From: Rhina ancylostomus
Lineage: Eukaryota
Reading direction: 5' to 3'
Length of the DNA stretch: 64,000 bases
NCBI GenBank assembly: GCA_030265395.1
Contig: JARFYF010000064.1
Coordinates: forward strand, 19,200,531-19,264,530
Part shown: piece after piece, positions 39,756 to 52,340 of the stretch
Position numbering within the stretch: position 1 is the first letter of the stretch
Layout of the letters: the number at the start of each line of letters is the position of its first letter
The notes under the pieces: generated by a model
The model's input: only the letters and a program-made list of their open reading frames with translations
The model's database searches: none
What the model was told of the DNA's origin: nothing
Translations under genes and position numbers: made by a program

Positions 39756-42145
39756 TAACTTGTACCTAGGCAATTAAAGAACAGGTCCAAAAGTAGGGAG
39801 AGGGAAAAATGGATGTACAAGAGAACTAAAACGAAGAGTTCTGGAATGGCTGTAAGGTTGGTGGAGGTCACAAAATGCAAGTCTTTCCTTTTCACTGATC
39901 AAAAACCTAGTATGATGTCACTTTAAATGGCAGTGGAATGATTTAAACATCAAATTGAGGGTATGGGAGAAAACATTTTTGTGTTTCAACATCAAACATT
40001 TTCTGACTGGCCTTTGTTGCATACCTGCTGGATATCAGGCTCTGGAAGAACACAAAATTAGATGTGTTCATTAATTAGGAGATCTTTAAAAGGAAGGCAT
40101 CATGTGTGATACAACTGCCAATATTATAGTTGTCATTTAGATGAACCGTCGGTCTCAACATCACTCAAACCTCCTTCACCTCCAGGCTCAACCTTGACAG
40201 GCTCAGCAGGAAATAATTAACTGGATCTTCTCTCGTCTTTATTTACTTGCAGGGAAATAAACTCAATTGTATTGATGTGATGCGAGACGTCCACAAATGT
40301 CAACCATGCGCCTCAATTACTGTTTTCTGATTAGAAGCAAGAAAATAGTAAAATAATTCTGAACAAAAAGTGTATCTATTATTTCTACATTTAATTATAT
40401 CACCTAATTACGCAGCTTTAAACCCACTCTAGAAAAAGGTTGTGTTTTTCTCCCATACAAAAACTCAACTAGAGACTTCACTTCAAAAGAAAACTGTCAA
40501 ACATGACAAGATGCACTAATTAAATCATCCCATTAAAACACTGACACAATGATCCCAATTATATTTGGTATTTACTGTTTGCGAACATCTTGCTCAAATC
40601 CAAAGAAAACATTTATAACTAAATCATGTTCAAATGTTTTCTTTTCAAATGCAACTTTATTTTCTTCCCAAATACAAATTTAAAACAATTTGCATTTCAA
40701 GGTTCATAGCAATGAAAGAATATTCCAAGATAAATTTAACACAGCATTTTCAAAAAATGTTAGCAGAAAATTCAGTATTATTATTGTCAGTTATCATGAA
40801 AAATACTATCCTTTTATTTTGAGTTCCAACTGAACACCGTCAGGTAACTTTTTTTTTAAATATCTGTAATATGTATTGCTGAAGTATAAAATTAAAGCAT
40901 TCTGGTTGGAATTAGGAATCAACTGAGATCCCAGGGAGTATTCTTCCAAGTGTTCCATCCTTCACACTTTTCAGTTCACTTAGTGGATGGTACCGATAGC
41001 ATTTGCTGCTGACACAGAGAAATACGGCAAGAGTTGCAAGGGGAATTGATATGATTCAGAGACAGAAAATGATTAAGTGAATGAACCAAGAGGAAGTGGA
41101 CAGATTTTTAACTTAAGTAAATGCACGGGGAGGTAAATCCAAAGTTTTGACTCAGCAACAATTAGTGCTTGTGCGCGATGGAAGTAGGAGGCTGAGAGAG
41201 TTGGAGGAAGAATAATGGAAATAAATTTATCACTTCCTATAGGCAACTAATTTGCAAACAGATTGCTTCATAACCTGACCAGCTCACTATTTGTAATAAA
41301 GCTGAATATCGACTAAAGGATGGGGAGTATGAAGGATTCATAAAGGAACTGCATTCATCCAGCACCTTAACATGTCCTGGCAATTTGGATCTGACAAATG
41401 AAGTATAATATGGAAAATTGCGATNNNNNNNNNNNNNNNNNNNNNNNNNNNNNNNNNNNNNNNNNNNNNNNNNNNNNNNNNNNNNNNNNNNNNNNNNNNN
41501 NNNNNNNNNNNNNNNNNNNNNNNNATAATATGGAAAATTGCGATATTTCCCATTTTAGCAGGAAGAATAAAAATGGATATTATCTAAATAATGGAAGATT
41601 GCAGAGCTGAGATACAGAGGGATCTGGCTGTCCTGGTGCCAGGATATTGTCTATTGTGAGGGGAGTTTAATACAAAAGTGGGAAGGTTATGCTTCAGTAA
41701 TATGGGATACTGGTGAGACCACACCTGGATTACTGTACACAGTAGTAATCTTCTTATTCAAGGAAGGGCAATAGGGCTTTGGAAGCAATTCAGAGAAGGT
41801 TCAGTAGACTAAACAAATGGGTGGATTGTCTTACAAGTAAAAGTTGGATTGTATCCTGGCTTGTATCTAATGGAGCTTAGAGCAGCCAGAAGTGATTTGA
41901 TGGAAATATACGATGAAAGCTCTTGACTGGATGGATATGGAGGAGACATTTCCTCTTGAATGAGGATCTAGCGTTATGGATTCTACATTCTCACACAGGT
42001 GGCAATATCGCCATGTCCGTTATGTCAAGAACCATCAAGATTAGCATGTTTCTGGCTGCTCTAACTCCAGTGGAAACAAGCCTAGCCTGTCAAAAGTTTA
42101 CTTAGAAGTCATTTAAGGAAGAGATGAGGCAATTTTTTTCTCCAA

Positions 42146-42590
42146 ATCAGAGAGCCATAGAGCACGGAAACTGACCTTATGGCCCAACTGGTCCATGCCG
42201 ACCAAAATTCCCATCTAAACTAGTCTCATTTGCCAGTGTTTGGCCCATATCCTGCTAAACCTTTCCTATCTATGAACCTGTCCAAGTACCTTTTAGATAC
42301 TGTCAATGTACCTGCCTCAACCAATTCCTCTGGCAGCTTATTCCATATGCTGACCACTCCCTGGGTGAAAAAGTTGCCCTTAAGGTTTCCTCCAGGTGCT
42401 CCAGTTTCCCCCACATTCTAAAGACGTATGGGTTAGGAGTCACAGGCATGTTATGTTGGCACTGGAAGAGTGGCAACAGTTGCGGGCTGCCCCCAGAACA
42501 CTACGCAAAAAGATGTATTTCACTGTGTGTTTCGATGTACATGTGACTAATAAAGAAATCTTATTAAATCCCTCCCCTTTCACCTTAAAT
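42146..42590 (-). mobile_element. CR1 3' end inserted into an older CR1
   Basis: ORF 42226-42414 GNFFTQGVVSIWNKLPEELVEAGTL..KRYLDRFIDRKGLAGYGP. Confidence 0.85.
42384..42562 (+). mobile_element. 5'-truncated V-SINE nested in the CR1 tail
   Basis: ggtttcctccaggtgctccagtttcc...gtacatgtgactaataaag; same subfamily as the 21505 and 39463 copies. Confidence 0.85.
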
Positions 42591-45574
42591 GAGAGGATCA
42601 GAAGCATTTGGACGTCTCTTCTTCACAAGACCAGAGGAAGAGGAGTCTTTGAATATTTTTAAAGCAAGGGGAGATTGATCCTTGATTGGTTACCTTGATT
42701 GACAGGACATGGGGTGCAGAACTGAGATTATAAAGTGGTGGAACCACATTGAGCTGCCGAGTGGCCTTCCCCCATTTCTAATTTGCATGTTCATATGTAC
42801 TTTGGATTAACTCTCAGTATTTCAGCCATTCTAAGAGGGGGCTCTGGCAACTTTTCAAAGCAATTAACGATGGGCAATGTGCAGCTTTGCCTAACATCAC
42901 CCACACACCAAGGTCACATGCTTTAGAGAGCTTTTACAAACATTTAGGTGCAAAGAAATTAAGCTTTATTAATAGGTTAACAGTTGAAGCGATAATTAAA
43001 TATCAGGAAGTGCATTTAGTTCATGTCTTTTGCAGCTGAAAATATTTTCAAATTCTGATGTCAGAACTATTCAGCCAAGATGGGTAGAGTGCAGCAATAA
43101 TGGGTGGTCAATATTTAGATGCAGCAGACTTTGTAGAAATGATGGCAATCATTTAAGAAAAACAAATAAAGTTAAAATCAACATGAAAGCAATAGCACAT
43201 TTATTTTTAAATGCTGGAAAGGGTGTAGCCTCAATGGAAAGTAGAAAATTGTAGTAAGTCAGCAGAATGCCAAATGTTTTGTGATTTAAGAACTTAAAAG
43301 CAAGAAAATCTGATGCATCATTGGAATATGCAGATCAGGAAAGCCTCAGGTATAATGCCCACACATATCAAGTTAGATGATCCCAACGTGCACTAAAGTG
43401 CACAGATTTAGTCAATGGCCTGAACTATGGACAAAAGGAAACAAAACCTTCTGTGGTCTTGTTCCATTTATCCTTTGTGGGTTAGGGATGTTTAACTTGC
43501 ACAGGCAAAAATGATGCTCATTCTCCTTAGGAATGGCCATTAAATAAGACTCTAGATCTTNNNNNNNNNNCTAGATCTTCAATGCCCTCAAAGCACATCA
43601 TAAAGGTAGCTCTTCCAAAACACCAGGGAATTAGAGAGGGTTGATGGAGTGGGAGTATAGTAGCAAGTGTAAATCATTTGTTCTATGAAACCTGAACAGG
43701 CCCTAACAATTTACAGTATTACCCAACTCCAAATGATAAGACAGCTATTAATCCTCACTTCTCTGCCTTCTTGGTCTTGGACTCCTAGGCTTTGTGGTTA
43801 ACTGAAGGAGACAGTCCTCCAGCTGCAGAATCTACTGGTCAAAAGACTCTGGATAAGGGTTCTGCCATTTAGGATGGGAGGAGGACTATAGGAGCTCAGT
43901 TGTTGGCTACATACAGGGCTGGGATCAATAGAGGATTAATCACCCTCATACAGATAAAGTTGGTTTACCATTTTGATCTCCTTCTGTCCATCTGACAAAA
44001 GGTATTCTATAGTGCTCTTGGTTAATAATTCTGGTTTTAAACTGGCAAGAACACCGAAACATAACACTTTGAAGTGGGGAAGGTGTATGACTTGAAGTGC
44101 AACTGTAGGTAATGGTTTCTCATCTACCACTGGTCATGATATTCTGAGAGACAGATGTCGAATTTGGGTGCTATCAAAAACACTTATGCAGGTGCAGCAG
44201 AATATTTGGTGAATGCTTCAGATATAGCCTGAGGAACTCCTACAGGAGTATCCTGCACCAAGAGGATGGATCTCAAAGAAACACAACCTTTTTGTTTGGT
44301 GTTGGGCTCGAGTCCAGGTAGTGGAAAGTATTCCCCTTGGTTGACAGACTTCAATTCTAACTTGACTTCTTAATGTTATACTTAGTCAAAATGCTGTCTT
44401 GAGGCAGTAACATTTCATCTCACCACTAATTCAGACTAGTAGACTGCAAAACACCATAAACACAATTCTGCCATGAGAGTTTTACATGTGCACCTACATG
44501 CTCCCTGGTTGTAAATTGGATTTTTTTTAAAAAATAAGGAACACTATGGCCATAGGAGTCTATTTACTCAAAACATTTTTTTTTAAATGACATTGCAATG
44601 ATTTGATAAAAAGTCCAGAAATTTTAAGTCTGCTTACAACTTACTAAATTCAGCTTCATACCACACAAGTTTAATTCTGTACACACCAAGCCACATGCCA
44701 TTAATTGCATACCTTGGCTTGGATCTGCTCAAATCTATACTAAAAATGTGCTTTTTATTAAAAAAAATGATTTTGCTTGAAGTCCAAGGTCTTGACAAAA
44801 GCACCAACTTCCAATTTGAGTTAGTTCCTTGACAAAATTCATGCACTAAGGTCCATTTAGTTTGGACCCCAATGATACAAATGGGAGCAAGCTTTGAGTT
44901 TTGCATGAACCATCATCAGTTGGATGCTTGTGTTTACTTTATGCTGATGAAGATCAGTTTGTTTTAAAAAATCAAAAGTGAATCTGGCAAGATTTTCCCC
45001 TGTACATTGATTTGAGCTTCCAAACAAGTTGCTAAAATATTATACATAAACATAGGACTCTTACTGTTCATATCAAGACATGCATGGACAACCCAGTTTA
45101 TTCTTTTTAAAACAGGAATTAGGAACAATGACACTTCCTCTATCATTGTAGTCATTGCGTGATGACTCAAAAGGTAATCAAATTTTCATGGAATACCTTT
45201 ATTAAATTTCCATTGATAAGAAAAGGTTTAAAGCTATTAGCTTTCTCTTATTTGATTATCCACAAGGTCTCTTTAATGTAAAGGTCTGGTTTAAGCTTAG
45301 CAGTTTTTAAATAACTAGAATTTTTACTTCAATGTCTCTGACAGCAATTCAGCTGACAAATGCACATCAGAATCAATGACTTTCAATGGCATACTTTTGT
45401 ATATTTTGCCAAAAGTCAAAACAAAACTTAAACAGCAATATTACCAGGATTTGAATGAAACTATATCACATTAAAACATTTTAAAATGCTTCACAATGAA
45501 CTACTACTCAAGAGTGGTAACATTTACATTAAATGTGATTGCAGCAATTACCAAAGCCAAATGAGTTGGGTCAT

Positions 45575-45900
45575 CTGTTGAGCATCTGTGGAGGGAATTG
45601 AGTCTTTGTTGGGCAAGCGAAGCGAACTTTGCCTCTACCTACCACCTCCTAGCCTCGTTATTTCCATTCTTCCCTCCATCTCCCTACCATCCCTCCTCAT
45701 CTGGATCCACCTATCGCATGCCAGCTCCATCCCATCAGCTCTTTATGCTGGTCATCTCCCCTCTATCTTTCAGTGCAGATGAAAGGTCTCAACCGAAAAC
45801 ACCGACTGTCCATTTCCCTCCACAGATGCTGCCTGACCTGCTGAGTTCCTCCAGCATTTTCTTTCTCGTTGCAGATTCTGGCATCTGCAGTATCCTGCCT
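45575..45900 (+). mobile_element. Penelope-like terminal repeat with decayed hammerhead motif
   Basis: atctggatccacctatc...cagtgcagatgaaaggtctcaaccgaaaacaccgactgtccatttccctccacagatgctgcctgacctgctgagttcctccagc. Confidence 0.78.
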
Positions 45901-46463
45901 CTAATTTACCAGGACCAAAGAGAAACTAGATCTTTCCCAATACCAACCTGTACCCCCAAACACCATCAACACTTGCCTCCCCTAAGCTATAAAAGGCAAA
46001 TAATCATTATAACCTGTTTTGGTAATAATAGAGAGAAAGGAATGTAGTCATAAACCCTGATGTTGACTTTAGGATATTGCTTCAGGAGTGTTAAATGGCA
46101 GACAGATTCCAATTTAACTTTCATATAAGCATTACATCACTTGGAACTGCATTACAGTATCAGCTATGCTAATGTGCTCAGTAACTTGGTAAAAGACTTG
46201 AAAAATACCTGTGTTTTCTAACTAAGACAAAAGTCCAGGTATATTAAACTTGCAGATATGGGAAATATATTAATCAGCTTGATGGGTATGGCACTATTCA
46301 TTCACTACTCACACATTTTGATATACATTTATCTTTTAATCATTCTAATGCACTGTTAAATGCAATTAATCAATTATGTCAATATCAGTGACACAGGTGA
46401 CTACTACAGAAGTAATTCTTTGGCACAGAGGACAAAGGCAATAAAATGCAAAATGATTGAGCA

Positions 46464-46477
46464 GTGCCATCTGTTGG
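46464..46477 (-). promoter_or_regulatory. Candidate CTCF site
   Basis: CCAACAGATGGCAC on the minus strand versus the core CCASYAGRKGGCRS (1 mismatch), in unique sequence. Confidence 0.4.
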
Positions 46478-49169
46478 CAGGTACACATACTGAAACAAAA
46501 ATCCATTGTCTCTGAAGACCAAATCTTCTAAGTTTTTCCCTCATTGATGCCGCTTTTTATTTGAAGTGAATATTACAAATATCAGAACACAGGGCAATTA
46601 CTAATGAAGCAGATTATAAACAAATTTGAACCAAAATAGTTCTAACAAATGCAGCAACTAAATAAGTCCTCATTTAGTAAGCAAAGGCGATTTGCAATGA
46701 AAATCTGATCTATGTTTCCTTCTCAATTGTCCATATCCACATGAAACACCATCATCTCCACTATTCAAAATAAATCTGGAATGTTGTAAACATTATTTTC
46801 TCAGCTAAGGTTCACTTTGGATGGACAAGGGTCCTTATTTCTTTTGTTTGCTGGAAGGAATCATTATTGGCTAGGTTTATGGCACTTGGCCAATGCTGAG
46901 TTTAGCTGTTTCAGGAGGTAAACAGAATGATCATCCATCACTGGACCTACTTAATGCACTTAAACCTAATATTACCTATATAATTTTTTTGGACTCCAAG
47001 GATGCCACAATGCAAGAAAATGATAGCAGGAACATAAAAAGAATACATGGGGGCAACCAAAATATTCCCTGTTGGTTTCTGTTCAGTTTAAATAAAAACA
47101 AAAGATGAAAAGCAGCTGAAAAAAAAATCCAGTCTTGAACTAGACTAGAAACAATCTGCTGTAGCATGGCAAAGAGAAATCCAGAACAGTATTTTGAACT
47201 AGATGCCAGTAGAATGGCAAGGTCACAGGCTCAGAGAGGTCAAAATGCATCCACAAATGTCAGCAAGTTTTTCTTTATATGAAGTATGGACACACCTGGA
47301 ATAGTATTCAGGCACGGCCTTGACAGAACGAAAACAAAAAATCTAGTTTTTAAAATAAATGGCAATGGCTGTGATATTCAGCTCGTTTACTTACAAGCTG
47401 AAATGGCTGTACTCATTCTTATAACCTCATCTGTACCTTTACCATTCCTTTGCCAAAATGCATTTATATCTAAATCTTGGGTTTAATTTTATGTGTGATT
47501 TCAGAAGTAGGCGTGCTCAGTACTCTGCATTGGTAAATGGTTTCAGAGAGAACACAAATACACTGGTAAACATTTCCTCTACATTTCATCTTCATCATCC
47601 TCCCAAATACTTCTCAGTAATGCACATATTCTTAAACTGGTAATAAAATTATAATGATACACTTGGTAGCTACTATACTTTAAACTGAAGCAGAATTATT
47701 CTCTTTCCCAATGGAGGGCACAACACCCGAATAAGAGCACAACACTACACCAGCACTTCAAAACCACAGAATCTACCCCAGCTTTAAAATATCAACATTT
47801 TAAACAGGTAACTACTACAAAATTTAAAATATGGTGAATTTTTCTTTGGAGGGATAGATGCCAAATTAGAACTGTGGTTTAAAATGTGCACATAGTTGCA
47901 GTGTGCTTGACCATTTAAACCACAGAACTGCTGTGGACCCTGTAGAACCACTTCGGGGGAACATTTGCATACCACAAAGTGAATGATTCCTGGATTCAAA
48001 GTGCGCACAGCTGCTCATGACAAGTCAATAACGCGGTAAATTTATTCTTTATGAATTAAATGCACAATATCAACAGCATTTCTTTTGAATTGTAGGGCTG
48101 ATTGGATTTTAACACATATCCCCATTTGCAAGCATGTATGTGTGCGCGTGCATGAAAACATTTCACCCCAGAGATCCTGCAGAGAAAAATCAATTGTCAC
48201 CACTAATACAATTGCCGTACCTACAGGTAAGCTATATCCAACATTTCCCAAAAGAAATTCGAACCACAAGGATAAATCAAACAAAATCATGAATAAAAGA
48301 GAAACAAATTAACAACTAGAAACTGTCTCATAAAATTTCATAAAAATTTACCTTTTAATNNNNNNNNNNNNNNNNNNNNNNNNNNNNNNNNNNNNNNNNN
48401 NNNNNNNNNNNNNNNNNNNNNNNNNNNNNNNNNNNNNNNNNNNNNNNNNNNNNNNNNNNNNNNNNNNNNNNNNNNNNNNNNNNNNNNNNNNNNNNNNNNN
48501 NNNNNNNNNNNNNNNNNNNNNNNNNNNNNNNNNNNNNNNNTCATTCGTTACTTGTGTTAAAAACTTAACATTCTTGTGTGAAAGAGTATCAGCTACTGAT
48601 TTCATGCTCCTTCTTGCACCTTGCATAATTATTTGTCAGTCTACTTAAATCTTGAAAGAACATTAAATTTATACTTTAGTTGACAGTGTGCTCAGATTCA
48701 TCAACATTACAATAAGCTCTACTGCAGGCTGCACAATTTCTTTCACTGCACATTTCAGACACAACAAAACACAAAATAGAATAGTTCATCCCCACAAACA
48801 ATATTAATGGTAATGACCAAGTATCTGCATGTTCATATGTGCAAGTTAATAAAAATGGTGTGCTTAGTGCCAGATCTAATAAACCATAAGGTACTTATTT
48901 AGAAAATAACTAAAAATGTAGTTCTAATACGGTGCCTTTCCCTTATTTGCAACTAACCCACCGCTTCACTCCTCCTGCTAAAACTTACAAGACAAAATCT
49001 GACTTTTCAAAAAAAATTATTGGCAGCCCTCAGGATAAATGTTTGTGCACTGAAAACATTGTTTTGAGTACGGGGCACACATGAATAGACGTGACAATTC
49101 TTTCTCAACAGTATCAATTTATTTTCATCCAATCAAGTCAATTTGAAATGAAAATTTTATTATGGTCAA

Positions 49170-49320
49170 GAGTCACACAGCATAGAAACAGGACCTTCAG
49201 CCTAGCATGCCTATGCAAACTGTCAATACTAACTCCACTTCCCTGCATTAATTCCACATCCCTCAATGACCCATTCATTCAAGTCCCTGTCCAAATGTAT
49301 TTTAAATGCTGTTTTTGCCT
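49170..49320 (-). mobile_element. CR1 3' tail fragment
   Basis: cacagcatagaaacaggaccttcag...ctgtccaaatgtattttaaatg resembles the CR1 tails at 35170 and 42150. Confidence 0.6.
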
Positions 49321-49519
49321 AAATAAAGGCACCATCTAAATGGCAACTTTGAGGACGTTTGTGCTAGAAGCCAAATCTCATGAGATGTGCACTGTTGTGG
49401 GCCAGGTCATCAGAGCCAAACACCCCCAAGCTCACCCTCACTAAATGCCCAGCAAGGGAAAGAAGTGAAATGGCAGAGATGTAGCTGCAGTGGCGGAAGA
49501 GGAGAGATTAGTTGGCAAA

Positions 49520-50860
49520 ATAAAAGAACAAGGGATTAGGATAATATACTGACATATATTGAAAATTGGTTGACAACAAGGAAATGGTAGGAATGAATAG
49601 TTCCCCTCCCCCAGAGTGCCAGGCAGTGGATAGTGGATGCTGCAGAGATCAGATCTTGCCCCAGCTACATAATATATCAATCATTTGGATGAGGGAACTG
49701 AATTGTGGTATCTCCATGTTTCCTGATGGCACATAACTGGAGGGATGCAAGGTCTGAAGAGGATGCAAAGAGGCTTCGAGGTAATTTGCCACAAGTTGTG
49801 ACTGGCCAAATACAGTATAAATTTAAAGTTATCCGCTTTGGTGGGAAAACAGAGAGGCCGGGTGATATTTAAATAGTGATGGACTGGGAAATGATGAAGT
49901 ACAAGGGAACTGGGTTTCCTTATAGACAAGTCATTAAAAGCAAGCATGCAGGTTCAGCCAGCAGTTAAGATGTTAATGTACATTGGTTTTCATTACAAGA
50001 GGTTTTGCGTATTAAAGCAAGAATGTTTTAACATAATTATAACAATGTCTTGGAGAGACCACACCAGGAGTACTTTGACTCCTTACACAAGGATATACTT
50101 GCCATGGAGCAAGTGCAAGGAAGGTTCATCAATAGTGACAGGGTGGCACAACAGGTAAGTGCTGCTGTCTCACACTCCAGGAACTTGGGTTCAATTCTGA
50201 CTTTGGGCACTGTCTGCATGGGGTATGTACGTTCTCCCTGACAACACAATGGTTCTTCCCATATCCGAAAGACATGTCGGCTATTGTAAATCATCTCCAG
50301 CAGAGAAGGGGGGAGGAGAGAGCGAGAGAGCGAGAGAGCGAGATTTTGGATAAAGTGGAGGGTGAATGAGATTGGAGGGAATCCTGCGAGAGTCAGCACA
50401 TANNNNNNNNNNACATACTCAATGAGCTGAACATTACAAGGAAAAGAAAGAAATAGCTGGGACTGAGACCATCCATTGGGAAGAGATAGAGTTGATTAGG
50501 TCTGCATTAACTAGGGCTTAGAGGAATGAGAACAGAAACATGCACATTTCTGACAGGCTCACTGGACTGGATGCAAGGAGGAAGTTTCTCCTGGTTAGGG
50601 GATCTACAGCCAGCAGTCAGTTTCAGGATATGTGAGTATGTCATTTAGGACTGAGATAAAAAAAAATTTCCATGCATAGAACAATAAACCTGTGAAATTC
50701 ATTGTCACAGAAGGCTGTGGAGATCAAGTCATGAATAAAGTTGAGAAGGGGACAGACAACTTTCTAGATGCAAAACACATCAAGGAATACAAGAAGAGAA
50801 AGCAAATATGGGATGGAGACAGGATCAGTCACAATCATATCAAATCCAAGAGCAGGTTCA
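49520..50860 (+). mobile_element. Old CR1 LINE with an inserted SINE
   Basis: RPHQEY...KDILAMEQVQGRF at 50050-50130; homology continues after 50450. Confidence 0.72.
50138..50430 (+). mobile_element. Diverged V-SINE
   Basis: gggtggcacaacaggtaagtgctgctgtctcacactccaggaacttgggttcaattctgac...gtacgttctccctg. Confidence 0.7.
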
Positions 50861-52034
50861 AACGCCAATTCAATGTGGAGGGATTAGGTGGGGTGTCAAC
50901 AATTATCAGAAACAAATTGACGAGTGTGTAAATGGAACATTGAAACACCACAGTCCAGTATATAAAAGACAAGTATTCTGACAAAGCCATGTGGGAAGAA
51001 TAAGAAACACTGAAGAATGCTTCTGAAGTTTAAACAATGTGACCCAGTGGGAGTGGCTCCTGCTGCCAAGTCCACTCACTTTTAGCAAATCTTCTTGTGA
51101 AAATTTCACCAGTACCAGCCTCGGCAAAAAGACCTGCGCAATTTTGCAGCCTTCTGGGTATAAATAATATCTTGTGGTTTGGCTTGAACAAAGCCCATTC
51201 ACTGAATTGTTGAAAAACTTTGTCAGCCAGTTAACTTGCACCCTCAGGATTAGCCAGTTGTTAGAGCTAACAAATATATGAGCTTCAGAGACAATCAAAA
51301 ACAGTTAAAAATGATCAAAACTCATGAATTTTCAAAAAAAAATTTAAACTAAGTTAAAAACAAATAAATGCAACACCATAATAAAATGTGAATTGCCTAA
51401 TATTTACCCCAACATCTGACAGCCATTTCTCTGCATTGAGGCAAGTGGAGTCACGGCACCCAGCTTAAATCTAACCTGATCTGGGCTCAGCAGCAGATTC
51501 CACAGCTACGTGCTGGGAAATTGGAGAGATTTATACACCTTCACTGACTGAGATCAATGGTGAAGCATGGTCAGCAAAACCACAGTGGGCACCTATCAGA
51601 AGTTTATGACTTCAACATTCACAGATGCTTGCATGAAATTGAGAGCTTCTAGATACTTGGGGAAATACCAGCAATTCTTTGTGGATTAAATTCCAACGAA
51701 CAGCTACGTGACGCAATGTTATGTTTGGCGCCATCTTTTGGTGGGCATATTTACAAGCAATGCAATGAAAAATTAGTAATTTAGAGGGCAACATTAAGTG
51801 ACCAAGAATAACATTCACCATTCCCNNNNNNNNNNNNNNNNNNNNNNNNNNNNNNNNNNNNNNNNNNNNNNNNNNNNNNNNNNNNNNNNNNNNNNNNNNN
51901 NNNNNNNNNNNNNNNNNNNNNNNNNNNNNNNNNNNNNNNNNNNNNNNNNNNNNNNNNNNNNNNNNNNNNTGAAGGGCAACTAAACTCCCCAACCCAACCC
52001 CAATAACACCAAAAGCATTCTCATTGCTTACTGT

Positions 52035-52340
52035 ACCATGGTTACACCTCACTGCTCCAAGAATCCAGGTTCAATTCTGGTTTGGGTGCCAACTGTGTGG
52101 AGTTTGCAATTTCTCCCCATTGATCAAATGCATTACCACTGGGTGCTTTGGCTTCCTCCTGGATTCCAAAAGACATGCCAGTAGATGGATTACCCTCTGT
52201 GGCAAAAGAATTGGTGGGTTTAATTGATGGGTGCGAGGGGGAAAAAGTGATAGGGCTATGGGGACAGGAGGGATTGAAAAGGGGACTAATGGGAAAGCTC
52301 AGTGTGTACCTACTGGGTCATATAGTCTCCCATGTGTCAT
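52035..52340 (+). mobile_element. Highly diverged V-SINE
   Basis: caggttcaattctgg...tgtgtggagtttgcaatttctcccc...gggtgctttggcttcctcc...ccaaaagacatgc. Confidence 0.6.

Larger units (their letters stand above)
41330..42800 (+). mobile_element. Old CR1 LINE hosting nested insertions
   Basis: ctggtgagaccacacctggattactgt (LVRPHLDYC) and cagagaaggttc (QRRF); homology resumes after 42590. Confidence 0.75.

Noticed and set aside
44285-44340. Weak resemblance to the LF-SINE core (also at about 40905 and 54550)
   Set aside because: Matches are too short and degenerate to support without an HMM search.
45598-46047. 149-aa ORF
   Set aside because: Reads through a non-coding Penelope terminal repeat.
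48348-48626. ORF MQGARRSMKSVADTL running into a gap
   Set aside because: Its length comes from Ns; the PARG exon chain is already complete and in frame without it.
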